From: a virus
Lineage: Duplodnaviria; Caudoviricetes
IMG/VR virus record: IMGVR_UViG_3300037067_027643
Span: 1-64,000 of that record
Length of the DNA: 64,000 bases
Strand: one strand, 5' to 3'
Part shown: positions 53,821 to 64,000 of the stretch, one piece after another
Numbering within the stretch: the stretch's first letter is position 1
Layout of the letters: the number at the start of each line of letters is the position of its first letter
The notes under the pieces: generated by a model
What the model saw: the letters and a program-made list of their open reading frames with translations, nothing else
The model's database searches: none
Told to the model about the DNA's origin: nothing
Made by a program: the position numbers and the translations under genes

Positions 53821-55221
53821 TTAAGTTACATTAAATTTTTCTAATTTTGAATAATTGTTTCCTTGTTTTGTTTTATATTTAAAACCACTATTATTAAAGA
53901 CTTGTAGAATGTTAGGTATCAGATCTTTGTCTTCTTTACTACAATCAAATAAGAAAGAATCGTAGGTATATAGTATTAATTTGGACATATAAGTATAAAT
54001 AGTAAAAATTTTAAAAACCTCTTTAATTACTATAGCCGAAAATTCAGTCTCTATCATTTGAATGTAATAATTAAAAAGTTTACTATCATATATATTGTTA
54101 TAATTTTCCTTTAATAGTCTACGTTTTGTTATTTTTGATTCTACATATCCTTTTGTTTCAAACTGCTTCCAAAGCTCTTGTATAAACTCACTTGTTTGTT
54201 TAAAGAATGGTATCTCTTGATATTCCTGTATGTGATTACCGTATATTATTTTAAAACTTATATTTTTTGATTCGTTGTATTCATCTTCTGTTAAAGCAAC
54301 ATTATCTTCCTTACCAAAATAATATCTACCTAAATATTCGTGTACATTTAGTTCACTTGGAATTTTATAATTTATTAGTTTGGATATTAACATTAAATGG
54401 TACGCATCAAAATCTATTTCAAATAAATATCCATCATTATCTTTAAACCTAGAAAGAAATATTTCTCTTGATCCATCTGTTTTATTAAGAGCCGCGTAAT
54501 TTACTCCGCCATATTTATTGCTTGGTCTTCCGGTTAATGTTAATAGATTATATTCTGTAAATACTGTATTATCATCAACTATATAAGGTTCTATATTATT
54601 TTCAAATATCGTTATTGCTTTTGGTTTGTCTATATATAATCCAGATTGTTCTACATTTACAAAATTATTTATTATGGTATCGTTATAAAATATAAATCCT
54701 TGATCTGTTATTAATTCTTGATTGTTATTTATTAGTTGTAGGTTTATATCAACGTATTGTTCACAGTATTCTATTAATTTTGTTATTGGTGTTAGAAATA
54801 CATTTATTTTATTATTGTCGATATAAAAATTTATTGATGGTAATTTTAGATTATATGTGTTATTTGTTTTGAAATAGTATAATAGTTGACTATCAATTAA
54901 ATTATTTAAATCTTGTCCCGTTAATAAATGGATTAATTGTTTTTTATCTATTGTAAATTTATTATGGTTATTATTATATGTATTAATATCTAGGTATAAT
55001 TGTTGTTTAGATACGATATAATAGTCTTCTTGGTGTTGATGTATAAATATATATCCTTGTTGTAGATCAATTAAATAAATGTATGTAATAGATAAATTAT
55101 TATGTAATACATGTTGATTATTATCAATACAAACTGGATGGATGATTATATCCGAATTAGGTAATTGATTGATAAAATCTTGGTATTGTTGAGAATTATC
55201 TATTATAATAGATTTCAGCAT
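53821..55221 (-). CDS. Compact family A DNA polymerase-like protein
   Basis: TGRPSN, EIDFDAYH, SKNISFKIIYG, NYYIQ, YDSFLFD. Confidence 0.75.
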   Translation of the reverse strand: MLKSIIIDNSQQYQDFINQLPNSDIIIHPVCIDNNQHVLHNNLSITYIYLIDLQQGYIFIHQHQEDYYIVSKQQLYLDINTYNNNHNKFTIDKKQLIHLLTGQDLNNLIDSQLLYYFKTNNTYNLKLPSINFYIDNNKINVFLTPITKLIEYCEQYVDINLQLINNNQELITDQGFIFYNDTIINNFVNVEQSGLYIDKPKAITIFENNIEPYIVDDNTVFTEYNLLTLTGRPSNKYGGVNYAALNKTDGSREIFLSRFKDNDGYLFEIDFDAYHLMLISKLINYKIPSELNVHEYLGRYYFGKEDNVALTEDEYNESKNISFKIIYGNHIQEYQEIPFFKQTSEFIQELWKQFETKGYVESKITKRRLLKENYNNIYDSKLFNYYIQMIETEFSAIVIKEVFKIFTIYTYMSKLILYTYDSFLFDCSKEDKDLIPNILQVFNNSGFKYKTKQGNNYSKLEKFNVT

Positions 55222-56186
55222 TCTTTCAAATATAATTTAGAATATATTATATCACTACTATTTTCAATAAAATCATAATAATGCTCAATACCCCATATTC
55301 CGGGTTTAACATTAACTACTACATATTCTTTAAGATTATTTGATTCTATATTATCTTTCACAATTAATAAATCATCATCTGGTAATATTTCCTTCTGATT
55401 TTTTAAATTTTCTATATCACTACACATCCATCTATCAAGTGTTAAATGAATTTTACCTACGTGTACAAACCCATCAATATTAATTTTATATTTTCTACCA
55501 GAATTAGGATTAAATATATATTCACCTCCTATAATTATTTCATTTCCTTCATTATTTACATATATTGATATAGTTTTATTTTCTATATACCATATATGAT
55601 AATATTCATTATTACCAGACATTTGTCCATAACCAACATTTTTATTATTTGCTAAATAAGTCATTAATTCAAATCTACCCAATAATGACTTTAAAGATTT
55701 GTTATTTTGATTTTTATTTATATCTATGTATAATTCTTTACTATAAAAATTATTAGTAAACATTAATTGTCCACTTGGTACATTTATTTTACTTATCATC
55801 TTTCGATATTGTTGTAAAAATTCTCCATCGCATAATTTTATTAATTCTGGTGTAATAACAATATTATTATTTTCATTATATAATTTATTATATACATTAA
55901 TATCCATTACTGCTATAGTATTTTCGTCTAATAAAATCATACACATATAAATATCACAATTAGAACAGTAAATATCATTTTTTCCAATAGATATAATTGG
56001 ATAGCCTATTTTTAGTTCGTTATATATAAAATCATATGAACTTTTTATAACGGCTTCTAAATAAATTAAGATATGTTTGGGATTGAAGTTATGTCCTCTA
56101 CTATTAAAACTAATAGTTTTATTTTTTAGCTTTGATACTAATTCAATTAAATTCATAATTTTATATATTTTATTTTTAATATACAA
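55215..56186 (-). CDS. Hypothetical protein
   Basis: ORF; the true start is probably downstream of the promoter motif. Confidence 0.5.
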   Translation of the reverse strand: MYIKNKIYKIMNLIELVSKLKNKTISFNSRGHNFNPKHILIYLEAVIKSSYDFIYNELKIGYPIISIGKNDIYCSNCDIYMCMILLDENTIAVMDINVYNKLYNENNNIVITPELIKLCDGEFLQQYRKMISKINVPSGQLMFTNNFYSKELYIDINKNQNNKSLKSLLGRFELMTYLANNKNVGYGQMSGNNEYYHIWYIENKTISIYVNNEGNEIIIGGEYIFNPNSGRKYKINIDGFVHVGKIHLTLDRWMCSDIENLKNQKEILPDDDLLIVKDNIESNNLKEYVVVNVKPGIWGIEHYYDFIENSSDIIYSKLYLKEC

Positions 56187-56188
56187 AA
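56176..56188 (-). promoter_or_regulatory. Promoter motif TTTTGTATATTAA, copy 10
   Basis: Exact repeat. Confidence 0.7.
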
Positions 56189-56201
56189 TTATTTTGAATA
56201 T

Positions 56202-56840
56202 TTAATTAATTATTTTTGAAAATTGTATTAAATTTGATAAATATCTGGAAATTCCGCTCATTTCCCGTTCTTTTAATTGCAGAGTTCTTTTGTTGGTGTT
56301 ATAAATACCATATTGTACAATGGTTTTACCAGAGTTATCATATTTATCATTTAAACATCCATATATTTTCCAATCTAACTGAATTCCATAATATAATACT
56401 TCGTCTATTCCTTGAAATGGTATTGGTATAGTATTGTATTGTTTTTGATTTACTTCTATTATATTTGAACTAGTGCTATTTCTTCTTTTGACAAAGTATC
56501 TTACTATAAATGTGGTTGTATAATCATTATCATCTGGAATAGGAATATATGCTACAGGTTCTTTATAATTATATGTTCTTTTTTTGTTTAGTGTAAAATA
56601 ATATGTATCATATATATCATTAGATTGATCTAATGGAATAAATAATTGTTTACTGTTTAAATCGTTTATATCTCCTGAATATGCTATATTATTCTTATAG
56701 TAGTACTTTCCCACATACGCTTGTCCGTTCCCAAATACGAAATCTCCATTAGAAAACAAGATTTCTGTTGACTTCTGGTTACCACCTACATTTACATTGG
56801 GAGTAGATTTAATTTCAATTTGTTTTGGACGATAAAGCAT
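56202..56840 (-). CDS. Hypothetical, probably virion-associated protein
   Basis: Position in the tail module. Confidence 0.4.
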   Translation of the reverse strand: MLYRPKQIEIKSTPNVNVGGNQKSTEILFSNGDFVFGNGQAYVGKYYYKNNIAYSGDINDLNSKQLFIPLDQSNDIYDTYYFTLNKKRTYNYKEPVAYIPIPDDNDYTTTFIVRYFVKRRNSTSSNIIEVNQKQYNTIPIPFQGIDEVLYYGIQLDWKIYGCLNDKYDNSGKTIVQYGIYNTNKRTLQLKEREMSGISRYLSNLIQFSKIIN

Positions 56841-57116
56841 TGTTATTTAATATTTTGTAAAGTTGTCATATATTTACTCTGTTCTTTTGCTAGTTCTTTA
56901 TCTATTTTAGCAGAATGTTCAATAAATTTTAATAAGTAATCAAAGCGTTTAGTTTCATCTCGTTCATTATCATAAACATGTTTGAAATCCTTCATCATCT
57001 TATTCTTTTGCTGTAGTAATTCTTGATATTCTTTGGAAATAAATTCTATGTTATCATTTTCATTAAGAACTGTCTTTACTATATCTTTTAATTTCATATT
57101 TTTGTCTTTCTATTAT

Positions 57117-60100
57117 TTAATTTGTTGAAGCATTTGGATCTACAGGATTTGTTTCTGGATCAACACTAACTACAGGAGGAGTTTTACCTACACTTGTATA
57201 ATATTCATATTGTCCGGTATCTTTATTTTTTGTCTTGGTTAATTCTTTAAACTGTTTAAAATAATCATAATCAGCAAAATAATAATTAGTTTTATTTGGA
57301 CTCTGTCTTCCTATTACTGTCCAAGAACAATTTACAGTACAAGCCATTGGTAGTTTATGATTATCAATATCCCAAGGAAAATCATCTTCTATTGTATAAT
57401 CTAAAGAAGAAAGGAATCCAAATTCGCTTTTTACAAAATTTCCTATTGTTAAAGTATATATAGGAGAAACCATTCTATTCTGTGATATTACTGGTGATAT
57501 TTTTTGTTGTAATTCGTTTAAATGTTTCCACATAATACCCATTTCAGTTTCACTTCCTGCCGCAGCTATAAAACTAAAATCTATAGTTCTACTCATCCCT
57601 TGGTACATAAATACCTCGTCTGGTCTTCCAGCATATTGTACAGAACTCCATTTTGGTGATGGTTTTGAACTTAAACTTTTTAAAATGGCTCTAAACTGAG
57701 TATTACATATTAATAAAGTAATAAAATCTTTTGTTATTATTGGTGTTAATCCTTCTATATTATATACATTATCTGGTTCTCCTGTATCCGGTATTCCAGC
57801 GGAACCATTGTGCATAGTAGCATATTTTTCTCCACTTTCATCTAATACAGCATTACCATATTTACTTATATAATATTGTGATACTTTTGACCAAGGTGGT
57901 GTTTCTACTCTTATTGGTTGTGGTATAATGCTTCCACTAATTCCTGTAGTTGATGCTCCTCTTACACTTGTTCTTGTATTTGTTACATGATTTACTTTAT
58001 TTTCATCTGATAAATCCGGATATTTTAAGTTATTATATAGTTTAGCTTCGTCTCCAATAAATATAGCATTACCTCCACCTGGATATCCTGTTTTAGTATC
58101 AAATGGATCTTTTACTGATTCTAATCTATTTGATATTTTGCTTCCTGGTAGCGATGATCCAATATTACTTGTATTAATTAAGGTAGTATCTAAAATATTA
58201 TTGGTATTGACAATTCCTTGTTGGTTATCTGGTTTTATACTTACAATTGAACTATATTTTAACTTATCATTCCAAAATTCAGATGGAGTATTTAATGTGC
58301 TATTATAGTTTACTGGTTTGGCTATATCTTTATGTAAATCTAACATTTCTATTGTTGACATACTTCTACCGTTATCTGGACGATATATGTTTGTAAACCC
58401 TAATCCATACAATGAATTTGGACCACCTATTCCCGATAATGTTACAATTGGAAGTTTATTTGTAGAATATAATAATGATGATTGTACTAACGGAGTAGTA
58501 TCTTTTCCCATCTCTTTCCACATTTTAAGCAATCTATTACCAATAACTAAAAATGGAAATCTTGGGTTATTTAATATATCTTTATTTTTAAATTTAACTA
58601 TATCTTCATAATCTGGAGATATTCCTAATAACCCATGTCTTGGTGCATGATATCCAATTAATCCTCCCGCTATTGATAATGGTACTTCTAAAGGATTGTA
58701 TATTCTATTAAAATTAATTGGTCCAATTTTTTCTGATTTTGGATTTGTTAATTGTAGTCCTTGTTGCTGTAATAGCCAAATTAAACCTTTGCCACTTGTT
58801 AAAAATTTAGTAGTTCTAATTAAATCAATTGCTGTTCTAGATGTTCGTAATTTTAAATTACCAAGTAAATCATTACTATTATCACTGTCTGTCCAAGTTT
58901 GTCCTATATTTCTTACTATGTAAGGTTGACCACTTGATCCCGCTCCTTTTTGATCTAACTCATATAAAAATTTAGATTTTATTTGTACTTTATCTATTAA
59001 TACACTTTCTTTTTTATAACTAGCATCTACTAATTGATTTAATAATGTTTCTGATTTTATATGTGTTGTATTTAAATCTAATTGATTTCCTCTTAAATTC
59101 TTATCTTGATCGGTAAACAGTCGTGCTACCATACCAGTTGGAAATGGTTGTTTAACTCCTAAAGGTGATGTAGTTTTATTAGTATTAATAGCTGTTTGAT
59201 TATTTGGAACCGTAATTGATGTTTTTGTTTTTACATTAGTATTATCTGTTACATCTGTTCCCGTTTTTGGTATTACATTTACATTATTACTAACATTTTT
59301 TCCAACTTTATTAATTAATCTTGTATTATCTGTTACAGATTTACCTGTTTTATTAACTGATTTTGTATTATCTGATACCGTTAATCCTTCTTTCCTTTTT
59401 ATACGAATATTATTATTAATATCCTTTCCTGTCTTAGGTTTTACAATTATATTATTATTTACATCTCTTCCTGTTTTATTTTTTACTACAGTATTATCAG
59501 TAACATCTCGTCCTGTTTTTGTTTTTACATTTATATTATCGGTTACATCAACTCCTGTTTTATTAGCAACTTTAACATTATCACTGACTGTTTGTCCTGT
59601 TTTATTTTTTAATACTGTATTATCGCTTACATCTTTTCCGGATTTTTGTATCGTTCTTATATTATTGGTTACTGTTAATCCTAATTTTTCTAATAATTTT
59701 GTTGTATCGCTAACTGATATTCCTGTCTTTGCAACTGTTTTTATATTATTAGATACATCTATACCAGTTTTATTTATTGTTACAATATTATTTGAAGGTG
59801 ATAATAAATTTTTAGTTTTATCTATTATTCTTGTATTATCTGAGATATTTACATTTGATGTTTTATTTATTATTTTTTTATCAGTAACTAAAACAGTATT
59901 AACTTTTGATTTGTCTTTATTTTTTGTAATATAATTATCAATTACTACAGATCCTTTGTTATCTGTTTGTTTGAAATTATTTATTTTAACTGTTTGTTCA
60001 TTGTATAAATCAACTAATGTTTTTCCTTTTGGATATGTATTATTACTTTTAACAGAATTTAAATGATGTGATACACCTAATTCATCTGGATTTTGAATAG

Positions 60101-60185
60101 ATGGAGTTGGACTATTCTTTAATGGTTTAGTTTGAAAAGAATAATTGACTTTCGATAAATCTGTTTTTAGGTTTTTAAGAGCCAT
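57117..60185 (-). CDS. Baseplate / tail-tube-initiator-like structural protein with an N-terminal repeat array
   Basis: C-terminal FRA.L..LS....W..VQYAGR...Y.G.SRTI.FSF...P..TLTIG..GFLSSL...PW resembles contractile tube-fold baseplate proteins; follows the tape measure gene. Confidence 0.6.
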   Translation of the reverse strand: MALKNLKTDLSKVNYSFQTKPLKNSPTPSIQNPDELGVSHHLNSVKSNNTYPKGKTLVDLYNEQTVKINNFKQTDNKGSVVIDNYITKNKDKSKVNTVLVTDKKIINKTSNVNISDNTRIIDKTKNLLSPSNNIVTINKTGIDVSNNIKTVAKTGISVSDTTKLLEKLGLTVTNNIRTIQKSGKDVSDNTVLKNKTGQTVSDNVKVANKTGVDVTDNINVKTKTGRDVTDNTVVKNKTGRDVNNNIIVKPKTGKDINNNIRIKRKEGLTVSDNTKSVNKTGKSVTDNTRLINKVGKNVSNNVNVIPKTGTDVTDNTNVKTKTSITVPNNQTAINTNKTTSPLGVKQPFPTGMVARLFTDQDKNLRGNQLDLNTTHIKSETLLNQLVDASYKKESVLIDKVQIKSKFLYELDQKGAGSSGQPYIVRNIGQTWTDSDNSNDLLGNLKLRTSRTAIDLIRTTKFLTSGKGLIWLLQQQGLQLTNPKSEKIGPINFNRIYNPLEVPLSIAGGLIGYHAPRHGLLGISPDYEDIVKFKNKDILNNPRFPFLVIGNRLLKMWKEMGKDTTPLVQSSLLYSTNKLPIVTLSGIGGPNSLYGLGFTNIYRPDNGRSMSTIEMLDLHKDIAKPVNYNSTLNTPSEFWNDKLKYSSIVSIKPDNQQGIVNTNNILDTTLINTSNIGSSLPGSKISNRLESVKDPFDTKTGYPGGGNAIFIGDEAKLYNNLKYPDLSDENKVNHVTNTRTSVRGASTTGISGSIIPQPIRVETPPWSKVSQYYISKYGNAVLDESGEKYATMHNGSAGIPDTGEPDNVYNIEGLTPIITKDFITLLICNTQFRAILKSLSSKPSPKWSSVQYAGRPDEVFMYQGMSRTIDFSFIAAAGSETEMGIMWKHLNELQQKISPVISQNRMVSPIYTLTIGNFVKSEFGFLSSLDYTIEDDFPWDIDNHKLPMACTVNCSWTVIGRQSPNKTNYYFADYDYFKQFKELTKTKNKDTGQYEYYTSVGKTPPVVSVDPETNPVDPNASTN
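59184..59771 (-). repeat. 14 tandem 42-nt (14-aa) repeats, KTGxxVxDNxxVxx
   Basis: Counted directly from KTGIDVSNNIKTVA to KTSITVPNNQTAIN. Confidence 0.9.
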
Positions 60186-62995
60186 TAATACTTACCCTTT
60201 CCTGAAGTGTATGAAGAATTTGTTCCAAATGCAGGAACAACTTTAGTTAAATATCTTAAAAATTCAACTCCATCAATCTTAACAACTGCTCCACCATTTA
60301 CTGCTTCTATTAACATATCTAATTGTTCGTTTAATTTTTTTAATAATGTATTATCAGTACCACTAGCATTATTGTTACTTCCTCCACTTGTAAATGTATT
60401 AGGAGATGGTTTACTCATTACATCCATCTTTGTCATTGTTGGTGCACTAGTAGTAACTCCACCACTTTTAACATTTGATGGTTTACTCATTACATCCATT
60501 GTATTAATCTTAGAAAAATTAATACTTGATACTTTATCTAATAAATTCTCATACTTATTTAATTTTCCGAGAGCATTAGTCATATTATATATACCATTAG
60601 CGATATTATCAAAGAAATCAGCTACTTTATCAGGAGCACTTCTAATATTATCAAATGTTTTCATAAAATTAGTTAGATAAGGAAGTCCTTTTCCCATTTT
60701 TTCGAGTGCTACACCTAATGGAATCATTGATGCTCCTAATATTGCTATTGCTCCAGCTCCTGCTAATATAGCTACAGCACCAAACCCACTCATCATTACA
60801 GCTCCCAATGCTATTGCTTCTAATGCTACAGCTCCCAATACAATAGGAACCATCATTAATGTCTTCCAATCAATCCCGGCTAAATAACTCATTGCTACGC
60901 CAAATGGTATTAAAGCGGCTCCTAATATTCCAATAACAAATGCTCCCATTATTAACTGACTAGATGCTTTTGACATTATCTGTGAAATTCCCCAAAATCC
61001 AGCTACTAATATACCAAGTGCAGTCGCTCCTTTTGGAATTGACATCCAATCTACTTCATTAAATACCTTTAATGATTGTGCTAAAATATATATTGCCCCA
61101 GCCATTATTGCTATAGCAGCGGCTCCTTTTACAATATTACCCATATTAGAACCCATTCCTTTAAACATTCCAGTAGCTGCTGCGCCACCTTTCCCTACAT
61201 CGGGAGTAGCTCCACCACCAATACTCGGTTTTATACCACCTTTTATTCCGACCCCACCTACACCACCTGCACCTGTTTTTGGCTTACCCATAAAAAAGTT
61301 ACTTAATTTAGTACCAGCTAACATACTAGAATTCCATATTTTTTGCCACAAAACATTTAATTTCAATGCTTTTGCAATATGTCCAAAATTAAATAAAAAA
61401 CTACCAACACTCATTACAGCACTACCAATTAATCCACCCCATTCTTTAAGCGAACTACCTCCACCTACAACTTTTTCTCCTATCTTATCCCAATATGTAC
61501 CAATCTTATTTGTTAATTTAGCTTGATCTTTTGAAGCAGTATACATTTTCATAACTTCATCAACTTGTAATCCAAGTAAATCTGCTACTGACTTCTTTTG
61601 ATACATATCCATCTTATTCCATTCTGTAATCCCACCCATCTGTTTCATTAAATCTTGCATTGCTCCTGCATGATCTCCGTCATACATTTTTTGTCTTACA
61701 GCTTGTAGATTTAATTGTTTTCCTAACATTACAGAAGCATTCATTTCTTTTTCTATACTATCGGTTGGATCTCCTAATAATGATTCTTGTATCTGTGCTA
61801 TATTACTTAATTCTAATCCAAGTTTCTTTGCAGTAATAGAAGCTTTAAATATATTTTCCCCACCTTTTTTTCCTGACAATGCAAATAATTCAGCATTATT
61901 AGCTACCTCTCTCATCATAGCTCCAATTGGAATTCCATTACTACGAGCTAAATTCTTTGCTGTTTCTAATGTAGATTTACTTGTTCCTTTCATTAATCTA
62001 GTAATAGTTGTTGCTTCTGTAGCAGTCAATCCATACAAACTCATTAATTTACCTGTTTGTATTACATTTTCTTTTGTTGCTTGTGTAATACCTCCCATTG
62101 TATTAGATATTTCTGTAAATGCTTCTGCACTAGTTTTTATTCCAACTCCTCCCCAAAATCCACTACTACTAAATATAGATGACCCCATTACTCCAGCCAT
62201 ACTTGTCATTTGTGTTAATGATAACCCTAATACTTTATGAGCATCTTTTATAGCATCTGCAAAATCGTAAGCTTTTTTAGATAAAAATCCCATAAAAGCA
62301 ATAAATGCTGTCTTTGGACTTGTGATTAATGTTTTAAATGTAGTGACCCAGGTATTAACCTTTTCTTTTATTTCATCTAAATATTTTGATTGTTCTTTTA
62401 GTATATTATTTGCTTTATCAATATAATCTTTGTTCTTAATATATTCTGTATTAATATTTTTTATTTTTGATAATGACTGTTCTACTAATTTTAATTCTTT
62501 TTTTGATAAAGTTGGAAATTGATTTTTTATCTTTAACATTTCCAAATCATCTCTAAATATTTTTGTATTTCCTTGATTTATATCTTTAAACTGTAATGCT
62601 GTTAATTTTACTATACTATGTTTTGCTTTGTTGATATCTGTATCTTTTTTCTTCATATCAACATAAGATTGTGCAATTTTTTTATCTAAATTGAAATCTA
62701 ATTTTTTTATAAATAAATTTTCTTTTTGAATCTTTCCTATTTCTGTTGATAAATCTAATAAATCATCCTCATAATCATATTGTTTTTCTAAACTTTTAAT
62801 TGTATCTGGTAATATTTTTTGATATTCCGCTTCTTTTTTATTACGAGTTTCTAATCGTTCATTTATTTTTATCCATTTTTGTACTTGTTGATCTAACAAT
62901 TCATTAATCTCACGATCAGCCTTTCCAAGTTTTATTAACTTAGCTTCTTCTAATTTAAATTGTTTATCAATATCTATAGCAGCTTTTCTAGCCAT
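60185..62995 (-). CDS. Tape measure protein
   Basis: 936 aa; coiled-coil N-terminus and Ala/Gly-rich hydrophobic helical repeats; tail-module position. Confidence 0.75.
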   Translation of the reverse strand: MARKAAIDIDKQFKLEEAKLIKLGKADREINELLDQQVQKWIKINERLETRNKKEAEYQKILPDTIKSLEKQYDYEDDLLDLSTEIGKIQKENLFIKKLDFNLDKKIAQSYVDMKKKDTDINKAKHSIVKLTALQFKDINQGNTKIFRDDLEMLKIKNQFPTLSKKELKLVEQSLSKIKNINTEYIKNKDYIDKANNILKEQSKYLDEIKEKVNTWVTTFKTLITSPKTAFIAFMGFLSKKAYDFADAIKDAHKVLGLSLTQMTSMAGVMGSSIFSSSGFWGGVGIKTSAEAFTEISNTMGGITQATKENVIQTGKLMSLYGLTATEATTITRLMKGTSKSTLETAKNLARSNGIPIGAMMREVANNAELFALSGKKGGENIFKASITAKKLGLELSNIAQIQESLLGDPTDSIEKEMNASVMLGKQLNLQAVRQKMYDGDHAGAMQDLMKQMGGITEWNKMDMYQKKSVADLLGLQVDEVMKMYTASKDQAKLTNKIGTYWDKIGEKVVGGGSSLKEWGGLIGSAVMSVGSFLFNFGHIAKALKLNVLWQKIWNSSMLAGTKLSNFFMGKPKTGAGGVGGVGIKGGIKPSIGGGATPDVGKGGAAATGMFKGMGSNMGNIVKGAAAIAIMAGAIYILAQSLKVFNEVDWMSIPKGATALGILVAGFWGISQIMSKASSQLIMGAFVIGILGAALIPFGVAMSYLAGIDWKTLMMVPIVLGAVALEAIALGAVMMSGFGAVAILAGAGAIAILGASMIPLGVALEKMGKGLPYLTNFMKTFDNIRSAPDKVADFFDNIANGIYNMTNALGKLNKYENLLDKVSSINFSKINTMDVMSKPSNVKSGGVTTSAPTMTKMDVMSKPSPNTFTSGGSNNNASGTDNTLLKKLNEQLDMLIEAVNGGAVVKIDGVEFLRYLTKVVPAFGTNSSYTSGKGKY

Positions 62996-63012
62996 TATTA
63001 TTTACTTTCTTT

Positions 63013-63303
63013 TTATATTCCAAATGCTTTTTTATATAAATCATCTTTATCTTCATTTTCATCATATTTTAATAAAGACTTTAATTCATCAGAATTCTTT
63101 TTTATATTAGCCATTGCAATAGCTGCTTTTGGATTAACTTTTTTCATATCATTTATGATTTGATCTGCACGATTATCCTTTACCTTGTCGAAAAACTTAT
63201 CTACTAACCTAGTTAAAAAACCTTCATTTAAAAACTGTTTATTTTCTTTTATAATTTCTCTTACTTTATTTTCTATTAGTTGTTCAAGTTCTTTTTGTTT
63301 CAT
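63013..63303 (-). CDS. Hypothetical protein
   Basis: ORF. Confidence 0.5.
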   Translation of the reverse strand: MKQKELEQLIENKVREIIKENKQFLNEGFLTRLVDKFFDKVKDNRADQIINDMKKVNPKAAIAMANIKKNSDELKSLLKYDENEDKDDLYKKAFGI

Positions 63304-63361
63304 GATGTAAATCCTATTTAATAAAACTTTTATTTATATAAATAGTAAAATTTAGTAAAAT

Positions 63362-63386
63362 AAAAAAGTCCAAACTTAATTGGACT
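63362..63386 (-). terminator. Intrinsic terminator
   Basis: AGTCCAA/TTGGACT stem followed by T6 on the minus strand. Confidence 0.65.
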
Positions 63387-63394
63387 CTTTATAA

Positions 63395-63640
63395 TTATCT
63401 CTTTGATTTTACCTGATTAGGTGGTCTATAAATCTTACCTTTATCGTTGGTTTTTGGTTTATTAGCATTTTCTTGTACCTCTCTTTCTAGTCTTTTCTTT
63501 TCTGCCAATCCATAATAAACAAATTTTCTTTTTGGTATTGGCATATTCCACACTTGATCCCATGATATTCCGCCTTGTGAATTATATACAATATCAAGTA
63601 TCTGTTGATGAAACTCCGCCCTATAACTCGGAGTCAGGCC
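63395..63640 (-). CDS. Probable frameshift extension of the gp26-like protein (tail chaperone G-T-like)
   Basis: 82-codon open frame GLTPSYRAEFHQQILDIVYNSQGGISWDQVWNMPIPKRKF... begins at the T7 run with no start codon there. Confidence 0.6.
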   Translation of the reverse strand, partial: GLTPSYRAEFHQQILDIVYNSQGGISWDQVWNMPIPKRKFVYYGLAEKKRLEREVQENANKPKTNDKGKIYRPPNQVKSKR

Positions 63641-64000
63641 AAAAAAACTCTGGTGTTATCTGCATTTTTCTTTCTTTAGTATATTCACAATATGCACATT
63701 CAAAAATATATTTTGAATCTACGGTTGGAGTCATTGAATTTAAATGTTTTCTAAAATCCCTAGCATCAAGTGCTAACATATGATCTGCAAAATTTCTAAT
63801 TGTTTTACTATCTCTAGAGCCATTTACTGATGTTATAATATATTTCATTCTAGTACTTAATTCTGGATCTACATCATTATCATCATTATTTTTAATATTT
63901 TTCTTCCCAACATCTCTAATTTTCTTTAATCCCCTTAATTCTTGTTCGATTAGTTTATCATCTGCTATAGTTAATAATTTAAAAGTAATTACAACTTTTG
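63621..64000 (-). CDS. T4 gp26-like baseplate hub / tail assembly chaperone, 5' part outside the window
   Basis: ITFKLLT..D, LSTRMKYII, DARDFR, CAYC, C-terminal EFFWPD. Confidence 0.65.
   Translation of the reverse strand, partial: KVVITFKLLTIADDKLIEQELRGLKKIRDVGKKNIKNNDDNDVDPELSTRMKYIITSVNGSRDSKTIRNFADHMLALDARDFRKHLNSMTPTVDSKYIFECAYCEYTKERKMQITPEFFWPDSEL

Noticed and set aside
60405-60500. Duplicated MDVMSKPS segment in the tape measure C-terminus
   Set aside because: Only two copies, within a low-complexity linker; an ordinary local duplication
2290-63783. Plus-strand ORFs in the track other than 8969-9436 (e.g. 44335-44937, 60207-60680)
   Set aside because: They are antisense shadows of well-supported minus-strand genes and carry no recognisable motifs
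1-64000. tRNA or rRNA genes
   Set aside because: No cloverleaf or rRNA-like segment was recognised by eye; tRNAscan-SE would be needed to exclude them

Overview
Very AT-rich segment of a large T4-like myovirus, almost entirely coded on the minus strand. The host is probably Bacteroidota (TAnnTTTG-type repeated promoter, Bacteroidota-like NrdJ, Hc1-like protein, lipoprotein, few SD sites). From high to low coordinates it holds: a tail module (gp26-like hub/chaperone with a probable frameshift extension, tape measure, repeat-bearing baseplate/tube protein); a replication core (PolA-like protein, gp32 SSB, RecA/UvsX, 5' nuclease/RNase H, gp41 helicase, dUTPase, adenine MTase, class II RNR, PolB, clamp, clamp loaders); a 7-deazaguanine DNA-modification cluster (QueD, two QueE, FolE, small T-fold protein, glycosyltransferase, DpdA; no QueC in the window); an orphan TnpB; GroES/GroEL; many small ORFs; and a glycosyltransferase island with a Tad2-like ORF. 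The main finding is that PolB and NrdJ are both fractured by free-standing endonuclease genes, and both breaks carry the same type of intein-derived two-piece module (a 46-aa ...LxExDxII tail and an M-x-I-x-K-I-x-K leader). In PolB the module has no splicing residues and looks like a non-covalent 'half-Hint zipper'. In NrdJ it is nested inside an intein that ends in Asp. The RNase H gene carries a 7-nt stop-containing interruption directly after a strong hairpin. All annotations come from motif recognition by eye; no searches were run.
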